A DNA stretch of 64,000 nt, taken from positions 608,001 through 672,000 of the forward strand of contig CAWIIB010000009.1 in assembly GCA_963836075.1 (NCBI GenBank), read 5' to 3'. The notes below the pieces were generated by a model. The model saw only the letters and a program-made list of their open reading frames with translations, was not told the origin of the DNA and did no database searches. Positions 35,176 to 44,305 of the stretch are shown here, one piece after another (position 1 is the first letter of the stretch; the number at the start of each line of letters is the position of its first letter). Both the position numbers and the translations under genes were made by a program. Source of the DNA: an uncultured Acidobacteriota bacterium. Lineage in GTDB: Bacteria > Acidobacteriota > JAQAZP01.

Positions 35176-36891
35176 TCACTGGATATCCGGCAGGGTGTCG
35201 AGGGTCATCGACACGTTGTTGGTCGCCGACAGATCGTTGTACCCGCCTGCTCCCGACCAGAGCCGGTCGGTATTGTAACCCGGGGTGCCGGGAAGCGAGT
35301 CGGGGTCGCCGTCCTCGTCGAGCCACATGCAGGCGTCGGAGACATGGGTCCCGTCGTCACGGGTGACGATGTGGTGGTAGCTGAACCCGTGGCCGCCGCT
35401 CCAGAGGTCGAGGGTGTAGTCCGGACAGCCGATACCCCAGATGGCCCGCAGCGACATGTTGCCCAGGTAGACCATGCGCACGTCCTGCACCCCGAGCATG
35501 CCCAGCATCACCGCACTGGAAGAAGAGACGTCGGAACAGTTGAGGTAGATCCCGTTGGCATGGTTGTTCAACAGGCGGCTGAGCTGGATATACTCGCTGT
35601 AGAAGCTGTAGTAGTGGGTGGCCCCGCCGTCTCCGCCCATGGAGTAACAGTCGTAGATCACCCCCTCGATGGCCGTGTCCAGCGGTCCCTCCTGGCCGAA
35701 GTACCCCCTGATAAACGCCTTGAGCGTTCCGGCCTGGTCCAGGGGGTTGATCTTCAGCGTGTCGGCAAAGGTGCAGAGGTAGTCGGCCACCTCCACCCAG
35801 GGGCCGGCGTATTGCGTCCCGCTGGCTCCGGAAGGCCAGTACGGTTCGTCGACGATGGTGTAAAAACGGTGCTCGGTCTCGAAGGAGCCGGGGATTTCGG
35901 TCCAGGTGCCGTCACCAAATTCGCGGTACTGCCAGCGCCAGGTCACCGTGCGGTCGCTGCGGCAGGCCCGGTCGGGCAGCTGCGGGCCATTGACAAAGAA
36001 ACTCTGGCCCGGCCTGATCCCGCCATCGACGCTTTCCCAGAACCCGGTCTGGTCTTCGGCCACGCCGCGGATCTGGACCCCGCGCACCGGGTATCCGCAC
36101 CAGCCGGCACTTCCGTCGGCCACGGTGCAGCTGTCACCCATGGTCACCTTGAACCGCGGACGGCTGTCCTTCAGGTAGCAGAGCGGGTAGTTGAAGCACT
36201 GGGTCTCGTAGTTCGACCCGTTGAGCACCGGCGAAGAGGTGGCGGTGTGCACCGCGGCCGCCGGCCGGGGCTCGCCGCTGTTCAGGTCGAGGTCCGACAC
36301 CTCTCCGCTGCGGGCGATGTTGACATACTCGTGGATCGCCGGGGTGGCGTAGAAGGCGTACTGGCTCCCCTTCCGGAAATAGACCATCTGCCACTCTTCG
36401 CCGATGGCGTAGGGCAGGGCCTCGATCTCGCTGATGCCCAGACGGACGATGTTCACCGGGTATTCGAGCTGGCCAACCGTGCCCATCCGGTCGACGCTGA
36501 CCAGGACCGTGTATCGGCCCGGGGCCACGTAGTGGCCCGCCTGGTCCCGGCCGTCCCACCAGAGGTTCACCGGCTTTCTCGAACCGGGCAGCCTGGTGTT
36601 GGCCAGCCTGCGGACAATCTGGTTGCCGCCGGTGACATAGACCGTGACACCGTATTCCACATCCTTGTCAGTCTGGAGCAGCGTGAAGCTGACCGGGATC
36701 CCGCCGCCCTCGAGTTTCGGATCGGCCACCCTGGGGCAGTGTCCCGGGCGCAGAAACGTCGTCTGGACGGAGAGGGAACCGGACGGTTCGGCGTGGGCCA
36801 CACCGGCGGCCATGGGCACCGTCAGGAGCAGGAGACAGGGGATGAGAACATAACGGCCGCACAGGTGGCCGAACCGTCTGACTGTGATCAT
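35176..36891 (-). CDS. Secreted protein with N-terminal FlgD-Ig-like domain and C-terminal putative transglutaminase/papain-like Cys-His-Asp domain
   Basis: GGAGG RBS, signal peptide ending AHA, LWWDGRDQAGHYVAPGRYTV, LNCSDVSS...FSYHHIV...VSDAC. Confidence 0.7.
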   Translation of the reverse strand: MITVRRFGHLCGRYVLIPCLLLLTVPMAAGVAHAEPSGSLSVQTTFLRPGHCPRVADPKLEGGGIPVSFTLLQTDKDVEYGVTVYVTGGNQIVRRLANTRLPGSRKPVNLWWDGRDQAGHYVAPGRYTVLVSVDRMGTVGQLEYPVNIVRLGISEIEALPYAIGEEWQMVYFRKGSQYAFYATPAIHEYVNIARSGEVSDLDLNSGEPRPAAAVHTATSSPVLNGSNYETQCFNYPLCYLKDSRPRFKVTMGDSCTVADGSAGWCGYPVRGVQIRGVAEDQTGFWESVDGGIRPGQSFFVNGPQLPDRACRSDRTVTWRWQYREFGDGTWTEIPGSFETEHRFYTIVDEPYWPSGASGTQYAGPWVEVADYLCTFADTLKINPLDQAGTLKAFIRGYFGQEGPLDTAIEGVIYDCYSMGGDGGATHYYSFYSEYIQLSRLLNNHANGIYLNCSDVSSSSAVMLGMLGVQDVRMVYLGNMSLRAIWGIGCPDYTLDLWSGGHGFSYHHIVTRDDGTHVSDACMWLDEDGDPDSLPGTPGYNTDRLWSGAGGYNDLSATNNVSMTLDTLPDIQ

Positions 36892-37177
36892 GAAAATCCT
36901 CCGGGTGCGGAAAAGGCCGCATTGTTCACAACTGCGCCCTCTCCGGTTCGAGGCAAGGCGTGTCTCGTTAATATAGTGGCTTCGGGCCGAAAATACCAGC
37001 GCGACCCACTCGAAAAGTCAATTCACGGCCAGCCTGCTTCGACCGGCCGCACCAGCGCCCTCTCCCCCCCCCCAAAAAAAATCGCTGCCGATGGTTGACA
37101 GGGCACTTGTGCGATTTTATTTAGTTGTCGGAACGCAGATTGATCATCAACAACAATCCTCAAAGGAGGTGGAACCC

Positions 37178-37648
37178 ATGAGTCCCCTGGCACTTAACGT
37201 TTTCGACGAACTGAATCGGATGAGGCGGGAAATGGACCGGCTTCTGGGCACTGAAAGGTCGCCTCGATGGGGCTTTCCCTTTTCCCGAGTTTCGTTTCTT
37301 CCCGGTCGTGCGGCACGGTCCTATCCGTTGATGAATATCAGCGAGGACGCCGACAGCATTTTCGTGGACGCCCTGGCTCCCGGCATTGACCCGGAAAGCC
37401 TGGACATCTCCATTACCGGCGACCAACTCACCGTCACCGGTGAGAAACGGGCGCTGCCCGAGGGCGTCAGCACGGAGATGATCCACCGCAACGAGCGGGC
37501 CAGCGGCCGTTTCCTTCGCTCGGTGACCCTGTCCAGCGACGTGATCAGCGACAAGATCGAGGCCAACTACAAGGACGGTCTGTTGCAGATCCGACTGCCC
37601 AAGGCCGAGGAAGCCAAACCAAAGAAGATCCAGGTCAGCGTCAGCTGA
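37178..37648 (+). CDS. Hsp20/alpha-crystallin small heat shock protein
   Basis: AAGGAGGT RBS; YPLMNISE, PGIDPE, ERASGRFLR, ANYKDGLLQIRLPK. TTGACA at 37095 upstream. Confidence 0.95.
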   Translation: MSPLALNVFDELNRMRREMDRLLGTERSPRWGFPFSRVSFLPGRAARSYPLMNISEDADSIFVDALAPGIDPESLDISITGDQLTVTGEKRALPEGVSTEMIHRNERASGRFLRSVTLSSDVISDKIEANYKDGLLQIRLPKAEEAKPKKIQVSVS

Positions 37649-37681
37649 CCGGGTTTCCGGATACCTGAAGGAGGTGCTGAA

Positions 37682-38092
37682 ATGACTGCCGAAAAAACCA
37701 CTGCCAACACCGACATCGAAGTGGCCGACAAGGACAAAAACTCCGCGCTGGCCACCCGGGAGGAAACCCAGTACATGTCTCCCCCGGTGGACATCTATGA
37801 AACCGACGAGGGCTTGATGGTCCTGGCCGACCTGCCCGGCGTGACCAATGAAGACGTGGACATTCGGGTGGAGGACGACCTGCTGACCATCAAGGGCAAA
37901 ACGTCGTACGAGCTGGAATCCGACCTGATCCGCGACGAGTTCCGCCTGCTCAACTTCTACCGCCAGTTCCGGCTGGGCAACGAAGTTGACCAGGAAAAGA
38001 TCTCGGCCGGGGTGAAGAACGGCGTGCTGACCGTCAACCTGCCCAAGGCGGAGAAGGTGAAGCCCCGAAAGATCTCTATAAACGTCGGATGA
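37682..38092 (+). CDS. Hsp20/alpha-crystallin small heat shock protein
   Basis: PPVDIYET, DLPGV, AGVKNGVLTVNLPK; AAGGAGG RBS. Confidence 0.95.
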   Translation: MTAEKTTANTDIEVADKDKNSALATREETQYMSPPVDIYETDEGLMVLADLPGVTNEDVDIRVEDDLLTIKGKTSYELESDLIRDEFRLLNFYRQFRLGNEVDQEKISAGVKNGVLTVNLPKAEKVKPRKISINVG

Positions 38093-38238
38093 ATCGCCGG
38101 CAGGACCGGCACAGGAGGCAGCACACGGCACCATGCCGGCCGTAATGACGGTGGGCGCCGTGTCGCTGTCCCGTTTTAATCCCGACATTCTTCAGCTGCT
38201 CCGCCAGCCAGAACCGGCGGAGGATTTGAGGTGTGTCC

Positions 38239-38976
38239 ATGGCCAAAAACTACTATCTCATTCTCGGTGTCTCGCCTGACGCCACATCGAGCGAAATCAA
38301 GTCCGCCTACCGCCGCCGGGCCCGGGAGTTCCACCCCGACCGCTTCGGCGAAGAGCAACAGCCCTTTCTCGACATCCAGGAAGCATACTCGGCGCTGAGC
38401 GATGCGGCGCGCCGTCGCGTCTACGACCACAAGATCCAGCAGGCCAGGGAGTCCAGAAGGGTATGGGCCCCCCGGGATACGGGCGAGCCGGAGCCGCTGC
38501 GGCCTTCCCGGCCGACGGCCGAGCCGTTGAGGCCGCATGACGGGCACCCCGCAGACCTGGGCCGGGCCTGGCTCTCTCGATCATTCCAGACCTACCGGCC
38601 ATCGTACGAGGAACTGTTCGACCGGCTGGAACGAAACTTCAGACCGTCGAACCACCCGAAAGCGGGAACGGTCAGGCAACTGGTGGTGGAGTTCACCCTC
38701 ACCCCGGACGAGGCACGGCGCGGCGGGAACGTGCAGGTGCACATGCCGGCCAGCATCCGCTGTCCGGCATGCGGGGGCCGCGGCGGAATCGGGTTCTACG
38801 AGTGCGGACGGTGTTCGGGTGAAGGGGAGATGACCGGTGAGTTCCCGGTTATGCTCTCCTACCCGCCAGGGATCGGTGACGGCTACCAGGCGTCATTGAA
38901 CCTGAACCACCTGGGCATTCGGAACATCTTCCTCACCGTCCGGTTTCGGGTGAACAGGGGCCACGGCCCGGCATGA
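38239..38976 (+). CDS. J-domain (DnaJ-like) protein with a two-repeat zinc finger
   Basis: NYYLILGV, HPD motif, CPACGGRG and CGRCSGEG. Alternative GTG start at 38233. Confidence 0.88.
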   Translation: MAKNYYLILGVSPDATSSEIKSAYRRRAREFHPDRFGEEQQPFLDIQEAYSALSDAARRRVYDHKIQQARESRRVWAPRDTGEPEPLRPSRPTAEPLRPHDGHPADLGRAWLSRSFQTYRPSYEELFDRLERNFRPSNHPKAGTVRQLVVEFTLTPDEARRGGNVQVHMPASIRCPACGGRGGIGFYECGRCSGEGEMTGEFPVMLSYPPGIGDGYQASLNLNHLGIRNIFLTVRFRVNRGHGPA

Positions 38977-39019
38977 CAACACCCGGGCCGTACCGCCGCC
39001 GGCCACCTGTTTCATGCCG

Positions 39020-40561
39020 TCACGGTGCCGCGGCCGTCACCGTGGACCGGGACGTGTCGGTGTCACCGGCCCCGGGATAGGGCGGCTGGTTGAACGGTGC
39101 CGGCGTCACATCACACAGTTGGAACACGAACTCGTTGTCACCCACCAGAGCACCGGTCGCCGGAAGGGACTGGGTCCAGCCGGCGCTGAACATCTCTCCG
39201 GGCGACAGGTTGGTGTATCCTCCGCGATACCCGGTGACCACGGAGCCGCCGCCGAGAATCACGTCCAACCGCCCGGCCACACGGCGGGGATGGCCGGTCA
39301 GGTTCTGGAAACCGGCGCCGACCGACACGGCAAAGGGCAATACACCGGAGGCCGGGGAGAGGGTCAGGTCCGCGGCCACCAGGCCGTCCGCCACACCGTC
39401 AAGCCGGACCAGTTCCAGATCATACCCTCCGCTGCCGTAAGAATTGGTGGTCCCGGCCAGGATAAGGCCGCCGTCGCCGGTGACGTCGAGCCCGGCGCAC
39501 CAGTCATACGCCGCCCCGCCCAGCAGGGTTTCCCACTGAAAGGCGCCGTTGCCGTCCGTCTTCACCACGTATGACTGGTATTCCCCGCCCGCAGCGTAGC
39601 GGTAGCTGATCCCTCCGAGGGCGTAGCCGCCGTCCGGCGTCCGGACCACCGCGTTGGCATAGTCGCTCGCCACGTCGCCGAACGTCTCGTACCAGAGAGT
39701 GTTGCCTGCACTGTCGGTGCGCCAGATCGACATGGCGGCCCCGATTTTCCCGGCCAGCACGAACCCGTCGTCCACCACGATCATGTCGTAGGCCCGGTCG
39801 TCATAACCGTTGTCATACGGCTTCTGCCAGAGCAGCGACCCGTCGGCGTCCAGCCTCGCCAGGTAAGCGTCGAACTCGGGAAAAGTGACCCCGTCACTGG
39901 AGTACCCGGCCACGGCCAGCCCGCCGCCGGCGACTTCGCGGACAGCGTATCCATACGGAATGTCGATGCCGAATCCAGAGGAGTCCCAGTCCGGGGATCC
40001 GTCCCCGGCCACCTTGACCACCAGGATCGAGCGCCCGTCGGTGGTGTTGAAGGTGTCACCGGCCGCCACGATGCCGCCGTCGGCAGTCTCGACCACACTG
40101 CGCACAACGTCCTCATCACCCGGGCTGCCGAACGTCTGCTGCCAGAGCAGTTCGCCACGGGCATCGGTCCTGACCAGCCAGGCGTCCCACTGCGGGCTGC
40201 CCAGGCCGGTGACCCCGGCCATGGCGAACCCGCCGTCACGGGTCTGGGTCACGGCATAAAAACGGTCCTCGGCCACGTTACCGTATGTCCGCTCCCAGAG
40301 AACATTGCCAGCGGCATCGGTTTTGACCAGGTAGCCGTCCTCGAACCCGGCGCCCATGGATTCGGTGTATCCGGCAATGACGAAGCCGCCGTCGCTGGTG
40401 GCCACCACCGAATAGCCCCAGTCGAGTTGTGATCCGCCGAAAGTCTCGAACCAGTCCACCGGCGGGGCCTGGGCCGCCGCCGGGGCGGCCCAGGCCAGGA
40501 TGATCAGCGCCGCGGCCGCGGTTGCGATCATCCAGCCGTCACATTTCTTCCTCCGTTTCAT
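39020..40561 (-). CDS. Secreted beta-propeller repeat protein with the shared NQPPYP C-terminal domain
   Basis: Signal peptide ending AAA-Q; about seven T.DGG...AG...D..LVKTD..G...W..T.G repeats. Confidence 0.85.
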   Translation of the reverse strand: MKRRKKCDGWMIATAAAALIILAWAAPAAAQAPPVDWFETFGGSQLDWGYSVVATSDGGFVIAGYTESMGAGFEDGYLVKTDAAGNVLWERTYGNVAEDRFYAVTQTRDGGFAMAGVTGLGSPQWDAWLVRTDARGELLWQQTFGSPGDEDVVRSVVETADGGIVAAGDTFNTTDGRSILVVKVAGDGSPDWDSSGFGIDIPYGYAVREVAGGGLAVAGYSSDGVTFPEFDAYLARLDADGSLLWQKPYDNGYDDRAYDMIVVDDGFVLAGKIGAAMSIWRTDSAGNTLWYETFGDVASDYANAVVRTPDGGYALGGISYRYAAGGEYQSYVVKTDGNGAFQWETLLGGAAYDWCAGLDVTGDGGLILAGTTNSYGSGGYDLELVRLDGVADGLVAADLTLSPASGVLPFAVSVGAGFQNLTGHPRRVAGRLDVILGGGSVVTGYRGGYTNLSPGEMFSAGWTQSLPATGALVGDNEFVFQLCDVTPAPFNQPPYPGAGDTDTSRSTVTAAAP

Positions 40562-40588
40562 CGTTCTGTCTCCCAGGATGCCTGTCAA

Positions 40589-41953
40589 CTATTTCACGAC
40601 GCCTGTGACCGTGCACGTGTCCGACGCGCTGTCGCCGGACGCCGGGTAGGGCGGCTGGTTGTACGGGGCCGCCGTCACGTCCCGGGCCACAAGGGTAAAG
40701 ATGTTTTCCCCTTCGAGGGCGAACAGGGCCGGCAGGTACTGGGACCAGCCGGTGGTGAACGTGGCAAAGGGGCTGACATTGGTGAAGCCGCTGCGGTAGT
40801 TGACGATGCTGCCGCCGTTGGCCAGGTCGATTCGCATCTGGCCGGCCACCGTGCGGTTGAAGCCGGTGATATTGCTCAGCTCCGCCTGGATGGCAACGTT
40901 GAACGGCAGCTGGCCCGAGTTGGGCAGACAGCCGAGATCCACGCCCACCGTTTCCGGCGGGATGGGCGAGGTGTGGGCAATGGTGCCGTTGAAGCCCGAG
41001 GCCCAACCGTTGTCGGCATCGATAAAACAGATGTCGTAGAAGACGTCGAACTGGCCGGAGTTCTCGATCTCCCAGGTGGCGCCGCCGTCACTGGTGCGCA
41101 GCACCACGCCGTCGTACACCGAGCCCCCGGAGACCCAGCCGTTGTTCGCGTCGATGAAGCTGACACCGGTGAACCAGCTGCTCACCGATGACGTCTGCTG
41201 ATTCCAGTTGGCGCCGCCGTCGCTGGTGTGCAGGATCACGCCGTCCCGGCCGACGATCCACCCGGTGAGCGGGTCGACGAGACAGACATCCTCCAGTTCG
41301 GTCAGCAGGCCGCCGGCTGACTGGTGCGTCCAGTTGTCACCGCCGTCGCTGGTGTAGAGGATGGTCGATCCCATGGCCCCTCCGCCCCCCACCGCGCAGC
41401 CGACATTGGCGTTGGCGAACGAGACGGCATTCAGCGGGAAGGTGGCATAGCCGGACTCGCCGAACTCGTGGGTCCAGGTGGCGCCGCCGTCGGTGGTGCG
41501 CCGGATGAACTGTGAGCCGTTGAAGTACCCGGGCGCCACTCCGCCGACGATGAAAGCGTTCATGGCATCCACGGCGCAGACGCCGTTGATGTTGCTTGAG
41601 GTGCCGGATTCCTGCTCGCCCCAGGTCTGGCCGCCGTCCCCGGTGTGCCTGATGTTGCCGGCGAAACCGACTGCCCAGCCGTTCAGGGCATCGGCGAAAT
41701 CGACGTCCAGCAGGTAGGACACCGGAAAGAAATCCTGCTCGCTCCAGGTGTTGCCGCCGTTCGACGTGTGCAGGATCGTCGCGCCGTTCCCCACGACCCA
41801 GCCGGTGTCGGCATCGACGAAGCAGACGCCAAAGAGCGGATCGGTGGTGCCCGAGCTCTGGGCGTACCAGCTGTCCTGCGCTCCTGCCGGCGCGGTTGCC
41901 GCAAAAAGCACCAGCGCTACAGGCATGATCATTCCTGTCCATCGAGTATTCAT
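40589..41953 (-). CDS. Secreted YCF48/BNR (Asp-box) beta-propeller protein with the shared NQPPYP C-terminal domain
   Basis: GGAGG RBS, signal peptide ending AGA-Q, repeated F.D...GW.VG..G.ILHTSDGG.TW. Confidence 0.88.
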   Translation of the reverse strand: MNTRWTGMIMPVALVLFAATAPAGAQDSWYAQSSGTTDPLFGVCFVDADTGWVVGNGATILHTSNGGNTWSEQDFFPVSYLLDVDFADALNGWAVGFAGNIRHTGDGGQTWGEQESGTSSNINGVCAVDAMNAFIVGGVAPGYFNGSQFIRRTTDGGATWTHEFGESGYATFPLNAVSFANANVGCAVGGGGAMGSTILYTSDGGDNWTHQSAGGLLTELEDVCLVDPLTGWIVGRDGVILHTSDGGANWNQQTSSVSSWFTGVSFIDANNGWVSGGSVYDGVVLRTSDGGATWEIENSGQFDVFYDICFIDADNGWASGFNGTIAHTSPIPPETVGVDLGCLPNSGQLPFNVAIQAELSNITGFNRTVAGQMRIDLANGGSIVNYRSGFTNVSPFATFTTGWSQYLPALFALEGENIFTLVARDVTAAPYNQPPYPASGDSASDTCTVTGVVK

Positions 41954-42437
41954 CTCAGCCTCCCCGGGATGTGAGTGCGGAATCTATATCCCTGTTTAAA
42001 TATGGATAATATAGGTTTTTATCGAGGATTACGCCACCACTCTCCGCACTGCCGTATCCTCGACCCTTCCCTTTCACTATGCAGCTTCACCCGGAGCTGT
42101 GACGAACAAATTTGAATATCGTAAATATTGTGAGACTTCGTCACGGAAAGGCTATGAATCCAGTATTTATCCATAGATAGAGGAAGTCAGAAAAACCACC
42201 GCGGATGGTCCTGGAGTCTCCAGGCCACGCGTAAAGGATGTATTGGTATGGGAAGAGATAATTACAGCGACAGGTTACGTGGGATGGTGCTGGTTCGCGA
42301 AGCGATTCGCAACCTTGGCCTGATCCCCTTCCGTGCGGTATTTTATGATCGGCTGAAAAGGATTTTTGTGAACGGGGGATCGCTCCGCGGCTCCGGTCCA
42401 GGGTAAAGCCGCGGAGGCAGATCCTCCTCGAGCCCGC

Positions 42438-42911
42438 TCACTTCACCTTGTGACCCAGGTAGGCCTCACTGAAGCTGTCCAGCAACTTCCGTAGCTCGTC
42501 CACCACCGCCTGGTCCGTGCCCTGCTTGGCCTTCATCGCCTGGATCAGCATCTTGTGCAGCAGGGTCAGCTTCTCCACGTACGCGGCCTGGGCCTCCTTG
42601 TCCGCGGGATCGGCCGGCTTGATCCGCTGGGTCATGAAATACTGAGTGACGATATGCTGGATCTCGTCGGCGTGCTTTTCCTTGTTGTCCACCCAACGGA
42701 CCAGCTGGTTGTGGTTCACGCTCTCCGCGGCGGAAAGTTCGTTTACCTGCTTCATCGACTTTTCGATGGTGGTGATGTGTTCGGCGATCAGCTTGACCCG
42801 CAGATCATCGGTGTAGATGCCGCAGGGGATCTCACAGTGGGCCTGGGCCACGGCGCTGATGGCCAGTAAGAGAGCCAGGCACCCCAGTCCAAAAACGATC
42901 ATCTTCTTCAT
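42438..42911 (-). CDS. sodN: Nickel superoxide dismutase precursor
   Basis: Ni-hook HCEIPCGIY directly after the signal peptide; RWVDNKEKHA; YFMTQRIKP; AAGGAG RBS. Confidence 0.95.
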   Translation of the reverse strand: MKKMIVFGLGCLALLLAISAVAQAHCEIPCGIYTDDLRVKLIAEHITTIEKSMKQVNELSAAESVNHNQLVRWVDNKEKHADEIQHIVTQYFMTQRIKPADPADKEAQAAYVEKLTLLHKMLIQAMKAKQGTDQAVVDELRKLLDSFSEAYLGHKVK

Positions 42912-43002
42912 TTTGCGATGCTCCTTTCACGGATAATGACCCGGCCGGAATTCCCGCGCCGGAGCGGTCGTCAGTGGCGACAGCCGCCCCAGACCAGGTC
43001 GA

Positions 43003-43623
43003 TTACTTAAGTTCGTCGATACAGAGTACCTTGTCCAGCCCGAAGCGCTGCTGGCGCGGGAACTTCTCCCCGGTTTCGCTGTAGCCCAGTGAGATCATGA
43101 AGGAGAGGATCCAGGGGGCCTTGACCCCGATATACTCGCTCACCGCCTTCTTGTCGAAACCGATCATCGGGCAGCTGGCCAGGCCCATGCCGTGGGCCGC
43201 CAGCATCAGCGTCATGGCGGCGAAGGAGCTGTTGCGGATAGCGTACTCGTGCTGCTCGTACTCGGTGGGGTAGACCCCGCCCACTGCCTGGGACCAGGTG
43301 GCGTGGATCTCGTCATTGATGATCCCGTTGCTCCGCCACTGGTCGAAGATCTCCTGCTTGTTCTCGTGTGGGTCAGTGTTGCCCAGCATCAGCACCAGGG
43401 CGCTGGAATCGGTGATGATGTTCTGGTCCCAGGCCAGCTTGCGGATCTCGGCCCGTTTCGCGTCGTCCTCGATCACCAGGAACTTCCAGGGCTGGAGATT
43501 CCAGGACGAGGGGGACTTGGTGGCCAGGGTGATCAGCTTCTCCAGGTCGGCACGGGGGATCCGCTTGCCGGTGTCGAAACTGTGCACGGAACGTCTTCCT
43601 TCGATCGCTTCAATAAGGTCCAT
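43003..43623 (-). CDS. Nitroreductase family protein
   Basis: RRSVHSF, SPSSWNLQPWKF, LMLAAHGMGLASCPMIGFD. Confidence 0.93.
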   Translation of the reverse strand: MDLIEAIEGRRSVHSFDTGKRIPRADLEKLITLATKSPSSWNLQPWKFLVIEDDAKRAEIRKLAWDQNIITDSSALVLMLGNTDPHENKQEIFDQWRSNGIINDEIHATWSQAVGGVYPTEYEQHEYAIRNSSFAAMTLMLAAHGMGLASCPMIGFDKKAVSEYIGVKAPWILSFMISLGYSETGEKFPRQQRFGLDKVLCIDELK

Positions 43624-44258
43624 CAGTCTTCCTCCAGGTAAAGTAAGCTTGGATTGTCCAGATCATCGGGGCAATCAACATCATCGAGGGGGATGAGCAG
43701 GGTCACGGGAAGCTCGAGACGCTTCGCCAGGTCCAGGGTCATCTCCAGAACTTTGTCGGTGCCCCAGGGAATCCCCTCGAAGAGCTTCGGGGGAACCCCG
43801 GTGAGCCCGATGAGGTAGTAGCCGCCGTCGCGGGCCGGGCCGAGCACCAGCGGTGTCTGCTCCAGCTCGTCAAAGGCACGAAGCATGATCCGGCCCGAAA
43901 GCCCGGGGCAGTCGGTGCCGACGATCACCACCTTTTCCGCCCCCTCGCCGAAACAGCGCTGGAGGGCGGTGTGCATACGTTCTCCAAGGTCCCCATCTTC
44001 CAGCTGGGGAACCATTTTCAGCTCTTCGCCATAGAGCCGCTTCATCATCTGCTCGCCGCCGCCGGCATAACAGACCTCCAGGTCAGCAAGGCCATGCTGC
44101 GCCAGCTCGCCGGCCGCGGCCAGGGTGCGGCGGGTCATCCGGCGCTGCAGATCGGCCGCCCCTTCCTCACCCAGGGCAGGGATCAGACGTGTCTTCACCC
44201 GGCCCGCTTCGGGGTAGCAGGTAAAGACCACCAGCCGGTTTCTCGTTTCAGGATTCAC
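43623..44258 (-). CDS. DUF2064/TIGR04282-type (CofC-like) glycosyltransferase-fold protein
   Basis: P..GRVKTRL, GDLGERM, IVGTDCP, LGPARDGGYYLIG, IPWGT, DVDCPDDL. Confidence 0.88.
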   Translation of the reverse strand: MNPETRNRLVVFTCYPEAGRVKTRLIPALGEEGAADLQRRMTRRTLAAAGELAQHGLADLEVCYAGGGEQMMKRLYGEELKMVPQLEDGDLGERMHTALQRCFGEGAEKVVIVGTDCPGLSGRIMLRAFDELEQTPLVLGPARDGGYYLIGLTGVPPKLFEGIPWGTDKVLEMTLDLAKRLELPVTLLIPLDDVDCPDDLDNPSLLYLEED

Positions 44259-44305
44259 TGGCAGATCTCGCCTCAGCCGATGAAGCGGAAGGCGTCACCG
44301 GTCAA

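Noticed and set aside
37064-37081. C10-A8 homopolymer tract as a phase-variation switch
   Set aside because: It lies upstream of the -35 rather than in the spacer or a CDS, and homopolymer lengths look unreliable in this sequence.
43623-44258. Arsenosugar or selenosugar biosynthesis cluster
   Set aside because: The partner radical SAM and glycosyltransferase genes are not in the window, so only the family is called.
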